From a virus, in IMG/VR virus record IMGVR_UViG_3300043499_000073: a stretch of 48,440 nucleotides of DNA, one strand, 5' to 3'. This document shows, one piece after another, positions 24,137 through 32,337 of this stretch (positions within the stretch are counted from its first letter, which is position 1; every line of letters starts with the position of its first letter). A program made the position numbers and the translations under genes. The notes under the pieces were generated by a model that saw only the letters and a list, made by a program, of their open reading frames with translations, was not told where the DNA came from and made no database searches.

Positions 24137-24203
24137 CACAATACCTGGCCGGTTTTGGTATTTGCGCCGGTCACTAGAACTGAACCCGAAAGGACACGCG
24201 AAA

Positions 24204-24983
24204 ATGAATGAGATTGCAAAACGTAACCTTGGTTCGACAGCACTGTCGCTGCCGGACGACCTCGCCGACCGGCTGCTAGCTGGCATTGAGGACAGCCAGG
24301 CCACCACCCTGGTAGCCGGCGGCGGCAAGGATCTGATCAAGCTCTCCAAGAACGACGGCACCTGGAATATCGGCCAGGCCGACGAGCCGATGCAGGTCGG
24401 CTCCAAGTGGTGGATCAATGTCGTATCGATCTGCCACGGCTTCATCTGCTGGTCCAATTACCAAGGCAGCCGCAAGAATGAGCGGCTCGGCGAGGTGATG
24501 GTGCCGATGTACGAGCCCAAGCCGCAGAAGCCCGGCCCGATCGAGGGCTTCCCGTTCCAGGAGCAGCGCAGCTTTGAAGCGGTGTGCTTGAACGGCGAGG
24601 ATGAGGGTGCCGAGGTCCAGTTCAAGAACGGATCCGTTGGCACCATGAAGGGCTTTAAAAAGCTCGAGGATGCGGTCAAGGCCCAGCTCAGGACCGACCG
24701 TAAATTCCCCTGTCCGGTGATCCAATTCAAGTCGGAGAAATACAAGCACTCCGACTATGGCTGGATCTGGAACCCGGTGTTCGAGGTGGTCGACTGGGCC
24801 GACATGCAGGGCAACCTGAAGTCGGAAGGCGGGGCCGAGGCTCCGGCCGAGCCCGATGCGCCGAAGCCGGCGCCCGCGGCGGCCGCGGCCAAGCCCCGCA
24901 CCAAGCCGGCGCTGGTTGAGGATGCCCCTACTGCCGAGGCTGCGCCTCGGCCGGCGCAGCGGCGCCGTCCGCCAGCGGCTTAA
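24204..24983 (+). CDS. Hypothetical 259-aa protein (position suggests an ssDNA-binding or annealing partner)
   Basis: The ATG at 24204 follows AAAGGACACGCGAAA. It lies between the exonuclease and the polymerase. It has a Pro/Ala-rich basic C-terminal tail and no motif I can name. Confidence 0.6.
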   Translation: MNEIAKRNLGSTALSLPDDLADRLLAGIEDSQATTLVAGGGKDLIKLSKNDGTWNIGQADEPMQVGSKWWINVVSICHGFICWSNYQGSRKNERLGEVMVPMYEPKPQKPGPIEGFPFQEQRSFEAVCLNGEDEGAEVQFKNGSVGTMKGFKKLEDAVKAQLRTDRKFPCPVIQFKSEKYKHSDYGWIWNPVFEVVDWADMQGNLKSEGGAEAPAEPDAPKPAPAAAAAKPRTKPALVEDAPTAEAAPRPAQRRRPPAA

Positions 24984-24992
24984 TCGTTGCAA

Positions 24993-25027
24993 CGGGGGGT
25001 GGCTGAAAACCACCCCCCGGTTTGTGG
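24993..25027 (+). terminator. Hairpin CGGGGGGTGG-CTGAAAA-CCACCCCCCG followed by GTTTGTGG (weak intrinsic terminator or attenuator before the polymerase gene)
   Basis: 10-bp perfect stem and 7-nt loop, beginning 10 nt after the TAA at 24981-24983. Confidence 0.4.
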
Positions 25028-25063
25028 ACACCTCTTCCCTTCCATCCCGGGGAATGCCCTGCC

Positions 25064-27226
25064 ATGCCGCCGCGCACCTTCGATTCCGATAAAATCTGCT
25101 GGTTCGACTTCGAAACGAGGTCGGGCGAGGATCTCCAGAAAGCCGGCGCCACCCGCTACGCTTGCGATGATGATGCCGCGGCGATCATCCTGACCTACGC
25201 GATCGGCCACGGGCCGGTGCGGCTGATCACGGCGCCGCTTGCGGCGGACTGGGCCTTGTCCTGGCACCACCTGCCGCTGGATTTTACTGAGTTCTATTAT
25301 CGGGTTGAGGCCAGTCCGGCGCACGGCACCTTTGCCGCGTTCAATGCCGGGTTTGACCGAAACGTATGGAATTTTGCGTTGCGCGATGCGCCGCAGCTGT
25401 TCCCCGACATGTGCATCGACCCCTCGGTGCAGGCCACCGCGGCCGGCCTGCCGCCGGACCTGGCCGGCGCCTGCAAGGCCAGCGGATCCACTGCCAAGGT
25501 CGAAGACGGTGGCATCTATATCAAGTTGTTCTGCATGCCGGATTCGACAGCTACGCCGCAGAGCCACCCGGCGGAATGGGCGGCGTTTTGCGCCTACGCG
25601 ATCGGCGACATCGAGGCGATGCGCAGTCTGTTCCTGCGGACCCGGCAGCTGCCGCTGCGCGAATGGGAAGAATACTGGACCGCTGAAGCCATCAATGACC
25701 GCGGCATTGGCGTCGACATCAAGTTCGCCAGGAGGGCCGACCGGCTCGCCGGCACTGCCAAGACCCGCGCCGGCAACGAGCTGCGCGAGATCACCGGCGG
25801 CGCCGTCGCCACCGTCGGCCAGGTCAAGCAGCTGACCCAATGGCTGCTGCATCAGCTGCCGGACGAAGGCGTCGACATGCTGACCAAGCGGGAGGAAGAG
25901 GAGTCCGACGACGGCACCATCATCCGCCCGGCCAAGTACAGCCTGACCCGGTCGCGGATCGAGAAGCTGATCCCATACTGTCAGGCGATCGGCCACCACA
26001 AGGCGCTGCGCGCCCTCCAGATCCGTTTGTATGGCGGGTCGACCACACCGGCCAAGTATTCAAAGATTCTCGCTCAGGAGGTGAATGGCGCGGTTTTCGG
26101 CCAGTACGTTTTCAATGGTGCGCCGCAAACCGGCCGGTTCTCCTCCCGCGGCGTGCAGATCCAGAACCTGGCGCGGTCGTTCCTCACCTACGAGCACGAA
26201 GCGATCGAGGCGATCCTCAACGGCGCCGACTATGACGAGCTGGAGCGGCTCGGCGACGACACGCCTGTGGTGCGTAAATTGGCGTTGCTGATTCGGCCCA
26301 CATTCGTTCCCCAGGGAACGAATCAGTTCGTGGTCAGCGACTTCGCACAGATTGAAGCGCGAATATTGCCCTGGCTGGCCGGTCCACAGTCCGAGGGCGC
26401 CCAGCGGCGGTTGAACATCTTTCGCGAGGTCGACGACAACCCCAAGCTGCCGGACCTCTACACCCGTACGGCGGGTGAAATCTCCGGCATCAAGCTACTC
26501 GGCGAGGTCACCAAGGCGCTGCGGCAGCGCGGCAAGGTCGCCGAGCTGGCGCTCGGCTTCGGCGGCGGCATCGGCGCGCTCGCTGCCATGGGTGCAAATT
26601 ACGGGCTTTATCTGCCGCGGCGTGAGGCCAGAGACCTGGTTCAGGCGTGGCGTGAGGCCAACGGCTGGTGTGTCAGGTTCTGGGGCGCCCACACCGACGA
26701 CGGCATCAGCAACGGCCTGTGGGGCGCCGCCAACCGGGCGTTGGATGAGCCCGGCATCGTCCAGACGGCCGGGCGGCTGGCCTACATCTACCTGCCGCAG
26801 ATCCTCAAAGGCACGCTGTACTGCCAGTTGCCGTCCGGCCGCTGCCTGGCTTACCGCGGCATCAAGTACGAGAAGGTCAAGGAGCTGGATGACGACGATA
26901 ACGTCATCGGCGAAACAACCCAGCTGCGGTTCTGGAAGGGTCATAGCCGGGCCAAGATTTGGCACGGCACGCTTTGTGAAAACGTCGTGCAGGCGACTGC
27001 CGCGGATATCCTGCGCGGCACGCTGGTGCGGCTCGAGCAGGCCGGCATGAACGTCAGGCTGCATTCCCATGACGAGGTGCTGATCGAGTGTGCTGAGGAG
27101 GATGTGCCGGGTGTGGCGAACTCGTTACGCTACATCATGCGCAAGGGCTTTCCTTGGACCGACGGCCTGCCGCTGATGTCGGAAGAGAACATCCAGTCCT
27201 ACTATTCGAAGTGGGAGGGCAAGTGA
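25064..27226 (+). CDS. Family A DNA polymerase with 3'-5' exonuclease domain, 720 aa
   Basis: Exonuclease motifs: WFDFETRS, FNAGFDRNVW, YAIGDIEAM. Polymerase motifs: A VVSDFAQIEARIL, B RQRGKVAELALGFGGG, C LHSHDEVLIEC. Confidence 0.9.
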   Translation: MPPRTFDSDKICWFDFETRSGEDLQKAGATRYACDDDAAAIILTYAIGHGPVRLITAPLAADWALSWHHLPLDFTEFYYRVEASPAHGTFAAFNAGFDRNVWNFALRDAPQLFPDMCIDPSVQATAAGLPPDLAGACKASGSTAKVEDGGIYIKLFCMPDSTATPQSHPAEWAAFCAYAIGDIEAMRSLFLRTRQLPLREWEEYWTAEAINDRGIGVDIKFARRADRLAGTAKTRAGNELREITGGAVATVGQVKQLTQWLLHQLPDEGVDMLTKREEEESDDGTIIRPAKYSLTRSRIEKLIPYCQAIGHHKALRALQIRLYGGSTTPAKYSKILAQEVNGAVFGQYVFNGAPQTGRFSSRGVQIQNLARSFLTYEHEAIEAILNGADYDELERLGDDTPVVRKLALLIRPTFVPQGTNQFVVSDFAQIEARILPWLAGPQSEGAQRRLNIFREVDDNPKLPDLYTRTAGEISGIKLLGEVTKALRQRGKVAELALGFGGGIGALAAMGANYGLYLPRREARDLVQAWREANGWCVRFWGAHTDDGISNGLWGAANRALDEPGIVQTAGRLAYIYLPQILKGTLYCQLPSGRCLAYRGIKYEKVKELDDDDNVIGETTQLRFWKGHSRAKIWHGTLCENVVQATAADILRGTLVRLEQAGMNVRLHSHDEVLIECAEEDVPGVANSLRYIMRKGFPWTDGLPLMSEENIQSYYSKWEGK

Positions 27227-27651
27227 TGGTCGCCTCAACCAAAGTCCGGCCGCTGCCACCGGGGGTACGCACGCGGCTCGATAAGATGCTGTTGCTGCTT
27301 GGTTCCGACAATGACGGCGAGCGGGCGGCGGCGTCCGGCATGATCACCAACCTGCTGCGCGAGCACGGCCTGGACTGGCATGACATCGTCGGCTCGATCG
27401 GCCAGCCTGCGGCGGCGGCGGCGCCAAAGCCGCCGCCACGCAACCCAGTGCCGATGCCTGTCGGTCATGAAATAACTGCGGATGAACTCAAGCGGTTGGT
27501 GCATTTGATTTTACGTAGTCCTCTCAATAAGCGGGCGCGGGAGTTCCTGGCCGGCATGATGGACCGTGCCAACATCTACGACCTGGTTTTTTTATCCGAC
27601 AAGCAATGGATTTGGCTGCGTGACTTAGCGCGGCGAGCGGGGGCGATATGA
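27226..27651 (+). CDS. Hypothetical 141-aa protein, DUF2786-like N-terminus
   Basis: TGATG overlap with the polymerase stop, with GGGAGGG upstream. LDKMLLLLGSDNDGERAAASGMITNLLREHGLDW resembles the DUF2786 helix pattern. Confidence 0.55.
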   Translation: MVASTKVRPLPPGVRTRLDKMLLLLGSDNDGERAAASGMITNLLREHGLDWHDIVGSIGQPAAAAAPKPPPRNPVPMPVGHEITADELKRLVHLILRSPLNKRAREFLAGMMDRANIYDLVFLSDKQWIWLRDLARRAGAI

Positions 27652-28379
27652 AGCATGTCATAGCACTATCTGGCGGCAAGGATTCCACCGCTATGGCGCT
27701 GCGGCTGAAGGAGCTGCACCCGCACACCGACTACACCTACGTCTGCACGCCGACCGGCGACGAGCTGCCGGAGATGTTCGAGCACTGGCGATCGCTCGGC
27801 GATCGCCTCGGCAAGAAGATTCTGCCGGTTATGCACAGCACTGGGCTTAAAGGTGTGATCCGCAAAGAGCAGATGCTGCCGAATTTCCGCGCCAGGTTCT
27901 GTACGCGGATCCTAAAGATCGAGCCGTACCGGCGCTGGCTGCAAGCTAACACGCCGTGCGTATCCTACGTCGGGCTCCGTGCCGACGAAGCGGGCCGGGC
28001 CGGCGGCGCCTACGCCGACATTGCCGGCGTCGAGATGCGCTTTCCTCTGCGCGAGTGGGGCTGGACCGAGCGGCATGTGTGGACGTACCTGGCTGATAAC
28101 CAGGTACAGATCCCGCCGCGTACCGACTGTGCGCGTTGTTACCACCAGCGGATTGGCGAGTGGTGGCAGCTGTGGAAGGAATTTCCCGAGCTGTGGGCCG
28201 ATGCCGAGGCCGATGAAGAGGAACTCAAGGCCACCTACCGCACGCCCGGCCGCGATACCTGGCCGACCGCATTGAAGGATCTACGCGCCGTATTCGAAGG
28301 CGGCCGGTTGCCACGCACGGTGAAGGACACTGCTGATGGCCTACGTAACGTCGGCGCCTGCCGGGTGTGTACGCTATGA
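27648..28379 (+). CDS. PP-loop ATP pyrophosphatase, PAPS-reductase family, 243 aa
   Basis: The N-terminal HVIALSGGKDSTAMAL is the SGGKDS PP-loop. Two C-terminal Cys pairs are present, CARCYH and CRVCTL. Confidence 0.8.
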   Translation: MKHVIALSGGKDSTAMALRLKELHPHTDYTYVCTPTGDELPEMFEHWRSLGDRLGKKILPVMHSTGLKGVIRKEQMLPNFRARFCTRILKIEPYRRWLQANTPCVSYVGLRADEAGRAGGAYADIAGVEMRFPLREWGWTERHVWTYLADNQVQIPPRTDCARCYHQRIGEWWQLWKEFPELWADAEADEEELKATYRTPGRDTWPTALKDLRAVFEGGRLPRTVKDTADGLRNVGACRVCTL

Positions 28380-28654
28380 GCACACAAGACGACGCTCCAG
28401 GCGAACGGGCGCGGGTCTACAGCAAGATCGCGCCGATCATCATGGAGTTCTACCGCGAGTACACCGGCGCGACATTCCACATGGAAGACCTGCGCCGCTA
28501 TGTCATTAGCCGCGCCCCGGAGATTGCACCGGACAGTCCGAGTCGAATCCTGCGCGAGCTGCGACTGGAGAACCGGCTTAACTACGTGGTGCTGAGCCGG
28601 TACGAGTCGCTGTACCAGTTCCGACGCCGCGTCAAACCGCCTTTGGATGTGTGA
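28376..28654 (+). CDS. Hypothetical 92-aa protein, possible winged-helix
   Basis: ATGA overlap with the PP-loop gene stop. EDLRRYVISRAPEIAPDSPSRILRELRLENRLNYV looks wHTH-like, which is weak evidence. Confidence 0.5.
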   Translation: MSTQDDAPGERARVYSKIAPIIMEFYREYTGATFHMEDLRRYVISRAPEIAPDSPSRILRELRLENRLNYVVLSRYESLYQFRRRVKPPLDV

Positions 28655-30059
28655 CATGCGTCAGAAATCGGAGATGCGGCCGTACCAGGACCGGATCGCC
28701 AGTGCGCTCTACGAGAACGATGAGAAGATCGCGGTCGCTCGGCCCGGCGGCGGCAAGACCGTTGCGGCGCTGACCGCGATCGGCGAGTTGATCCGCGACA
28801 AGCATATTCGCCACGCGCTGGTGATCGCGCCCAAGCGTGTGGCCCGCATGGTATGGCCGGACGAGATTGCGCTATGGGCGCATACCGCCGGGCTGTCTTA
28901 CCAGGTGCTCACCGGCACGCCGCAGCAGCGGGCGATCGGCCTGGCCGAGGCACACGCTGGTCTCTACGACATCACCATCGTCGGCATCGACATTGTCGAG
29001 TGGCTGGTCGACACCCTGGTTAAGCTGCCGGACGATTCGCGGCTGTTCGATCTCTTGGTGATCGACGAGGTGTCCCGTCTGCGCAATCCCTCCGGTGTGC
29101 GCGCCCGGCGGCTACTCCGATACGCCAAGCGGTGGCGCATGGTTTGGGGTCTGACCGGCACCCTGCGGCCGTCCGGCGCCGAGGATCTGTTTATGCCGGC
29201 CACGGTGGTAACCCGCGCCAAGCTTTGGGGTAAGTCGTTCTACCGTTGGCGTAAGGATCGCTTCTACCCGCTTGATTACAATGGCTACACATGGGCGCCG
29301 CTGCCGGGTGCGGAGGAACGCATCAATGCCGAGCTGGCACCGCTTTGCGTCACCCTGCGCGACGACGAGCTGCCGCAGCTGCCGGAACTGTCGATCATCT
29401 TCGACCGGGTCGAGCTGCCGGCCGCCGCCCGCAAGCAGTACCAGGACATGGAGGAGAAGCTGATGCTGTGGGATGGCGGCGGCGAGGCTATCCTGGCTGC
29501 CTCGGCCGCGGTCGCTACTGGCAAGCTCGCGCAGATTGCCAACGGTTTCGTCTACGATGACGGTGTGACCCATCGGATCCACGGCGAGAAGGAGCAGTGG
29601 GCACAAGACATCATTGACGACGCGGACGGGTCGGTGCTGTTCATTTACGAATATCGCCAGGACTTGGAAATGCTGCGTGTGCTGCTCGGCCAGGATCTTC
29701 CTTACCTCGGTGACGGGGTCACCGACGCGGCATCTGATCATAATATCACCCAATGGAATGCGGGCATGCTGCCGTTCATGGCAATGCATCCCGCCAGTGG
29801 CGGACACGGATTGAATCTACAGCACGGCGGCTCAGACATGGCCTGGATCTGCCCGACCTGGTCTCCTGAACTGTGGGAGCAAACGATCGCTCGCCTGCAT
29901 CGTTCCGGGCAGACTAAACCAGTCATCGTCCGTGTCTGTACGGCAGCGGACACAGTGGACCAGATGAAGATCGATCGGGTGTACCGGAAAATGACGGCGC
30001 AGCAGGCGTTCGAAGCCTACCTGCGGCGCCATCAAGTAGAGGGATTCGTCAACGCCTAG
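28647..30059 (+). CDS. SNF2-family (SF2) helicase/translocase, ~470 aa
   Basis: Motifs: I ARPGGGKT, Ia LVIAPKRV, II LLVIDEVSRL, III GLTGTL, V SGGHGLNLQ, VI RLHRSGQTKPV. The start is either 28647 or 28656. Confidence 0.85.
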   Translation: MCDMRQKSEMRPYQDRIASALYENDEKIAVARPGGGKTVAALTAIGELIRDKHIRHALVIAPKRVARMVWPDEIALWAHTAGLSYQVLTGTPQQRAIGLAEAHAGLYDITIVGIDIVEWLVDTLVKLPDDSRLFDLLVIDEVSRLRNPSGVRARRLLRYAKRWRMVWGLTGTLRPSGAEDLFMPATVVTRAKLWGKSFYRWRKDRFYPLDYNGYTWAPLPGAEERINAELAPLCVTLRDDELPQLPELSIIFDRVELPAAARKQYQDMEEKLMLWDGGGEAILAASAAVATGKLAQIANGFVYDDGVTHRIHGEKEQWAQDIIDDADGSVLFIYEYRQDLEMLRVLLGQDLPYLGDGVTDAASDHNITQWNAGMLPFMAMHPASGGHGLNLQHGGSDMAWICPTWSPELWEQTIARLHRSGQTKPVIVRVCTAADTVDQMKIDRVYRKMTAQQAFEAYLRRHQVEGFVNA

Positions 30060-30268
30060 AGTGTAGCAGCCTTCTCTAGGCTGAGCACCAACTGGGCGCC
30101 GTCGTCGTCAAATTTGTTTTTGGTTAGGATCTCAACGATCTCTTCGTTGAGCCTGAATAGTTGATCGCGGTTGATGCGGTACCGGGTGTGGGTGTCGTCG
30201 GAAGTGATGTTGAGAACGACGGTGTTGCGTTGGGGTATGGTTAGATAGACGAAACGCACTGGCGGCAT
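30056..30268 (-). CDS. Hypothetical 70-aa protein
   Basis: The ATG at 30268 (MPPVRFVYL) is preceded by ACGAGGCCCACC. Its stop overlaps the SNF2 stop (convergent CTAG). Confidence 0.5.
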   Translation of the reverse strand: MPPVRFVYLTIPQRNTVVLNITSDDTHTRYRINRDQLFRLNEEIVEILTKNKFDDDGAQLVLSLEKAATL

Positions 30269-30319
30269 GGTGGGCCTCGTTATCCGTTTGGAGCGTGAAG
30301 TCACCACCATACTCTTCCA

Positions 30320-30514
30320 TTAATCCCGTTCCAGTGCGCGCTGCGCAATCCCCATACTTTCATCAGCACTGACGTCATGCAAATTTGCAATTTCGCGCAG
30401 GGCTTCGCGCAGTTTCTCGTTCTTTTCCGCCAACCGCATAAGCTCGCGCAGGCCAATATTGAGCTGCCGTTCGATTTCAGTCAGCGCCGCGTACATCTCC
30501 TTCTCATGGGACAT
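30320..30514 (-). CDS. Hypothetical 64-aa helical protein
   Basis: Track ORF with coiled-coil-like ALTEIERQLNIGLRELMRLAEKNEKLREALREI. It overlaps the methyltransferase stop by 11 nt. Confidence 0.55.
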   Translation of the reverse strand: MSHEKEMYAALTEIERQLNIGLRELMRLAEKNEKLREALREIANLHDVSADESMGIAQRALERD

Positions 30515-31070
30515 CGCGGTGCATCCACTTCAGTTCTGGACGGCCGGTCCATTTGTGGTCGAACACCAACCAGCAATAGTCCGACTTGCCGCCGCCCACC
30601 TTGCCGCCCGAGGTGATGACATGGCCGGGCGGCATCGACGGCCGCGGGGTCAGCAGCCACACGCTTTGTAGTGGTTTGTTATCTAGCCAGCGGGCGGCAT
30701 TGAGCCGGGCGGTTGGCATGATCAGCGCCACCTTGTTGCGGGCGCGATCCAGCGCGTGCTTGGTAAACTCCTGGAACCTGTCGAACGGCGGGTTGCTGAC
30801 GATATTGTTGGGCGTGGTGATGTGGTTTTGAAAAAAGTCCTGCACATCGCCGCGGCCGCGACGATCGATCATGTCGGCGCCGTGTGCCAGGTAGCCGGCC
30901 TTGATCGCGGAATCGATAATGCGGCCGAAGCCGCAGGCGGGATCGTAGATGTCACCGACAAAGTGCTCTTCTTCGAACAGCCGCTCGCTGACCCAGAACG
31001 GCTCGACGTAGTGCTCGTCGACGCGGGGATAGGCTTTGGCGCCGGCGGTGTGGGTCCACGGCTGGCTCAT
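30504..31070 (-). CDS. Compact N6-adenine DNA methyltransferase (motif I before motif IV), 188 aa
   Basis: Motif I is IYDPACGFGRI and motif IV is VSNPPF. The ATG at 31070 is in an ATGA overlap with the upstream stop. Confidence 0.7.
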   Translation of the reverse strand: MSQPWTHTAGAKAYPRVDEHYVEPFWVSERLFEEEHFVGDIYDPACGFGRIIDSAIKAGYLAHGADMIDRRGRGDVQDFFQNHITTPNNIVSNPPFDRFQEFTKHALDRARNKVALIMPTARLNAARWLDNKPLQSVWLLTPRPSMPPGHVITSGGKVGGGKSDYCWLVFDHKWTGRPELKWMHRDVP

Positions 31071-31279
31071 CGCACGTCCTCGTTCCACTTCCACTTACCC
31101 TTGACCCAGTGGCCGTTGACCGGATCCTCACACTCGACGGCGCGGACTTCGCGTGCCGAGGTCCAACGTTGTTCCAGGTCACGGGCGTAAGCCATTGCTT
31201 CGGCTTCGGTTTCGCAGCGCACCGCGTTGTCGTACCACTTCGGGTCGTTGTGGACGCGCACCTCCGGTTTCCAGGCCAT
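31067..31279 (-). CDS. Hypothetical 70-aa Trp-rich protein
   Basis: Track ORF, coupled at both ends. Confidence 0.55.
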   Translation of the reverse strand: MAWKPEVRVHNDPKWYDNAVRCETEAEAMAYARDLEQRWTSAREVRAVECEDPVNGHWVKGKWKWNEDVR

Positions 31280-31575
31280 CAGGCGCTCCCCTGGACGTCG
31301 TCCAGCAGTGCTGCCGCGTTGCGCGTCATCTCTTCGTCCACGTCCTTGAACATCTGGTTCATCACTGCGGACAGCTCGGCCATACCGATCTTGGCCGCCT
31401 GGTCGATGCTCATGAACGACTGCGCGGCGCCCATGAAGTAAGCTGACCGCATGGCGCTGATCTGGTCTTCACCGGATCCGGCTTCGCGCAGGCTGCCGGC
31501 GAACGCGGTCCATCCCGCTTTCAACGTTAGGTCCGGGTCCAGTTCACCTTTGATAACTTTGAAGATTTCAGCCAT
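31279..31575 (-). CDS. Hypothetical 98-aa protein
   Basis: Track ORF, coupled at both ends. Confidence 0.55.
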   Translation of the reverse strand: MAEIFKVIKGELDPDLTLKAGWTAFAGSLREAGSGEDQISAMRSAYFMGAAQSFMSIDQAAKIGMAELSAVMNQMFKDVDEEMTRNAAALLDDVQGSA

Positions 31576-31960
31576 CGGCTTTCTCCAGCTGTTTGGCGCC
31601 GAGATCGGCGGCTAGCTCGTTCAATGCCGCGGTGGTTGGCGTCGGCGCCCGGTCCAGCTCGTTGACACTGGCGACAAAATCCTCGGCCCGGCGTGTCAGC
31701 AATCCGATATTAGCCATTTGCGTGGTCAGTTCGATCAGCATCTTATGTAGCCGCAGCGATTCGTGGCGGTAGCGATCGCGTTCTTCGACCATCATCTGCA
31801 CCCGGTCATGCTCGCGGTTTAAATCAATACGCATCTGGCTGATGGTGTTCTGGGCGTTGATCAGGTCTTCGTGCATCTGCGTGACCTTGGCCAGCGCAGC
31901 CACGCGGTGGTCGTTCTCGACGTCGGGCAGCGGACGTGTCTGTTGCCGAGGTGCGTTCAT
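31568..31960 (-). CDS. Hypothetical 130-aa coiled-coil protein
   Basis: The ATG at 31960 (MNAPRQQTRPL) is preceded by CAGAAAGGCGAAAACC. The longer track form would run through the hairpin and into the Cro-like gene. Confidence 0.6.
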   Translation of the reverse strand: MNAPRQQTRPLPDVENDHRVAALAKVTQMHEDLINAQNTISQMRIDLNREHDRVQMMVEERDRYRHESLRLHKMLIELTTQMANIGLLTRRAEDFVASVNELDRAPTPTTAALNELAADLGAKQLEKADG

Positions 31961-31986
31961 GGTTTTCGCCTTTCTGTTGTGAAGCT

Positions 31987-32015
31987 GCTGCGCCGGGTAG
32001 ATCACCCGGCGCAGC
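31987..32015 (-). terminator. Perfect 12-bp stem hairpin GCTGCGCCGGGT-(5 nt)-ACCCGGCGCAGC just after the Cro-like gene; no U tract
   Basis: Exact inverted repeat lying between the stop at 32031 and the RBS of the next gene. Confidence 0.35.
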
Positions 32016-32030
32016 ATGACCGCGGACGCA

Positions 32031-32261
32031 TTACCTTTTCGCAGCCTTTTTCGGAGCTGTTCGCATAGGCCATAGATGGTCAGGTGCATCGTGGCCGATC
32101 TCTTTCAGTTCATCTTTGAGTAGCCGGTAAGTGTCTGCTGGGAATTGCTTTCCCGCTCGCCAGTTGTAGACGCCGTTCTCCGAAGTTCCGGTTAGCTCGG
32201 CCATCGCCTCGATGCCGCCGAGCGCGTCGATGATTTCAGATGTCGTTCGTAAGGTCGTCAT
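32031..32261 (-). CDS. Cro/YdaS-like HTH regulator, 76 aa
   Basis: IIDALGGIEAMAELTGTSENGVYNWRAGKQFP fits the small Cro/YdaS-type HTH pattern. It is the first gene leftward of a divergent operator-bearing promoter region. Confidence 0.55.
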   Translation of the reverse strand: MTTLRTTSEIIDALGGIEAMAELTGTSENGVYNWRAGKQFPADTYRLLKDELKEIGHDAPDHLWPMRTAPKKAAKR

Positions 32262-32274
32262 ATGGAATCAGTCC

Positions 32275-32329
32275 TATCTCAACATTTTTGAGGGTGCAAG
32301 CTTGTATCTCAAAATAGTTGAATTATAGT
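32275..32329. promoter_or_regulatory. Divergent control region: two operator-like sites TATCTCAA-N5-TTGAG/A spaced 30 bp apart, plus overlapping back-to-back -10 elements
   Basis: O1 has CTCAA at 32278-32282 and TTGAG at 32288-32292. O2 has CTCAA at 32308-32312 and TTGAA at 32318-32322. Plus strand: TTGTAT (32302-32307), 16-nt spacer, TATAGT (32324-32329). Minus strand: TATAAT, the reverse complement of 32322-32327. Confidence 0.5.
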
Positions 32330-32337
32330 CGGGTACA

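Noticed and set aside
24980-25999. 339-aa minus-strand ORF opposite the DNA polymerase gene
   Set aside because: It is antisense to a gene carrying all polymerase and exonuclease motifs. Its Arg/Gly-rich composition is an artefact.
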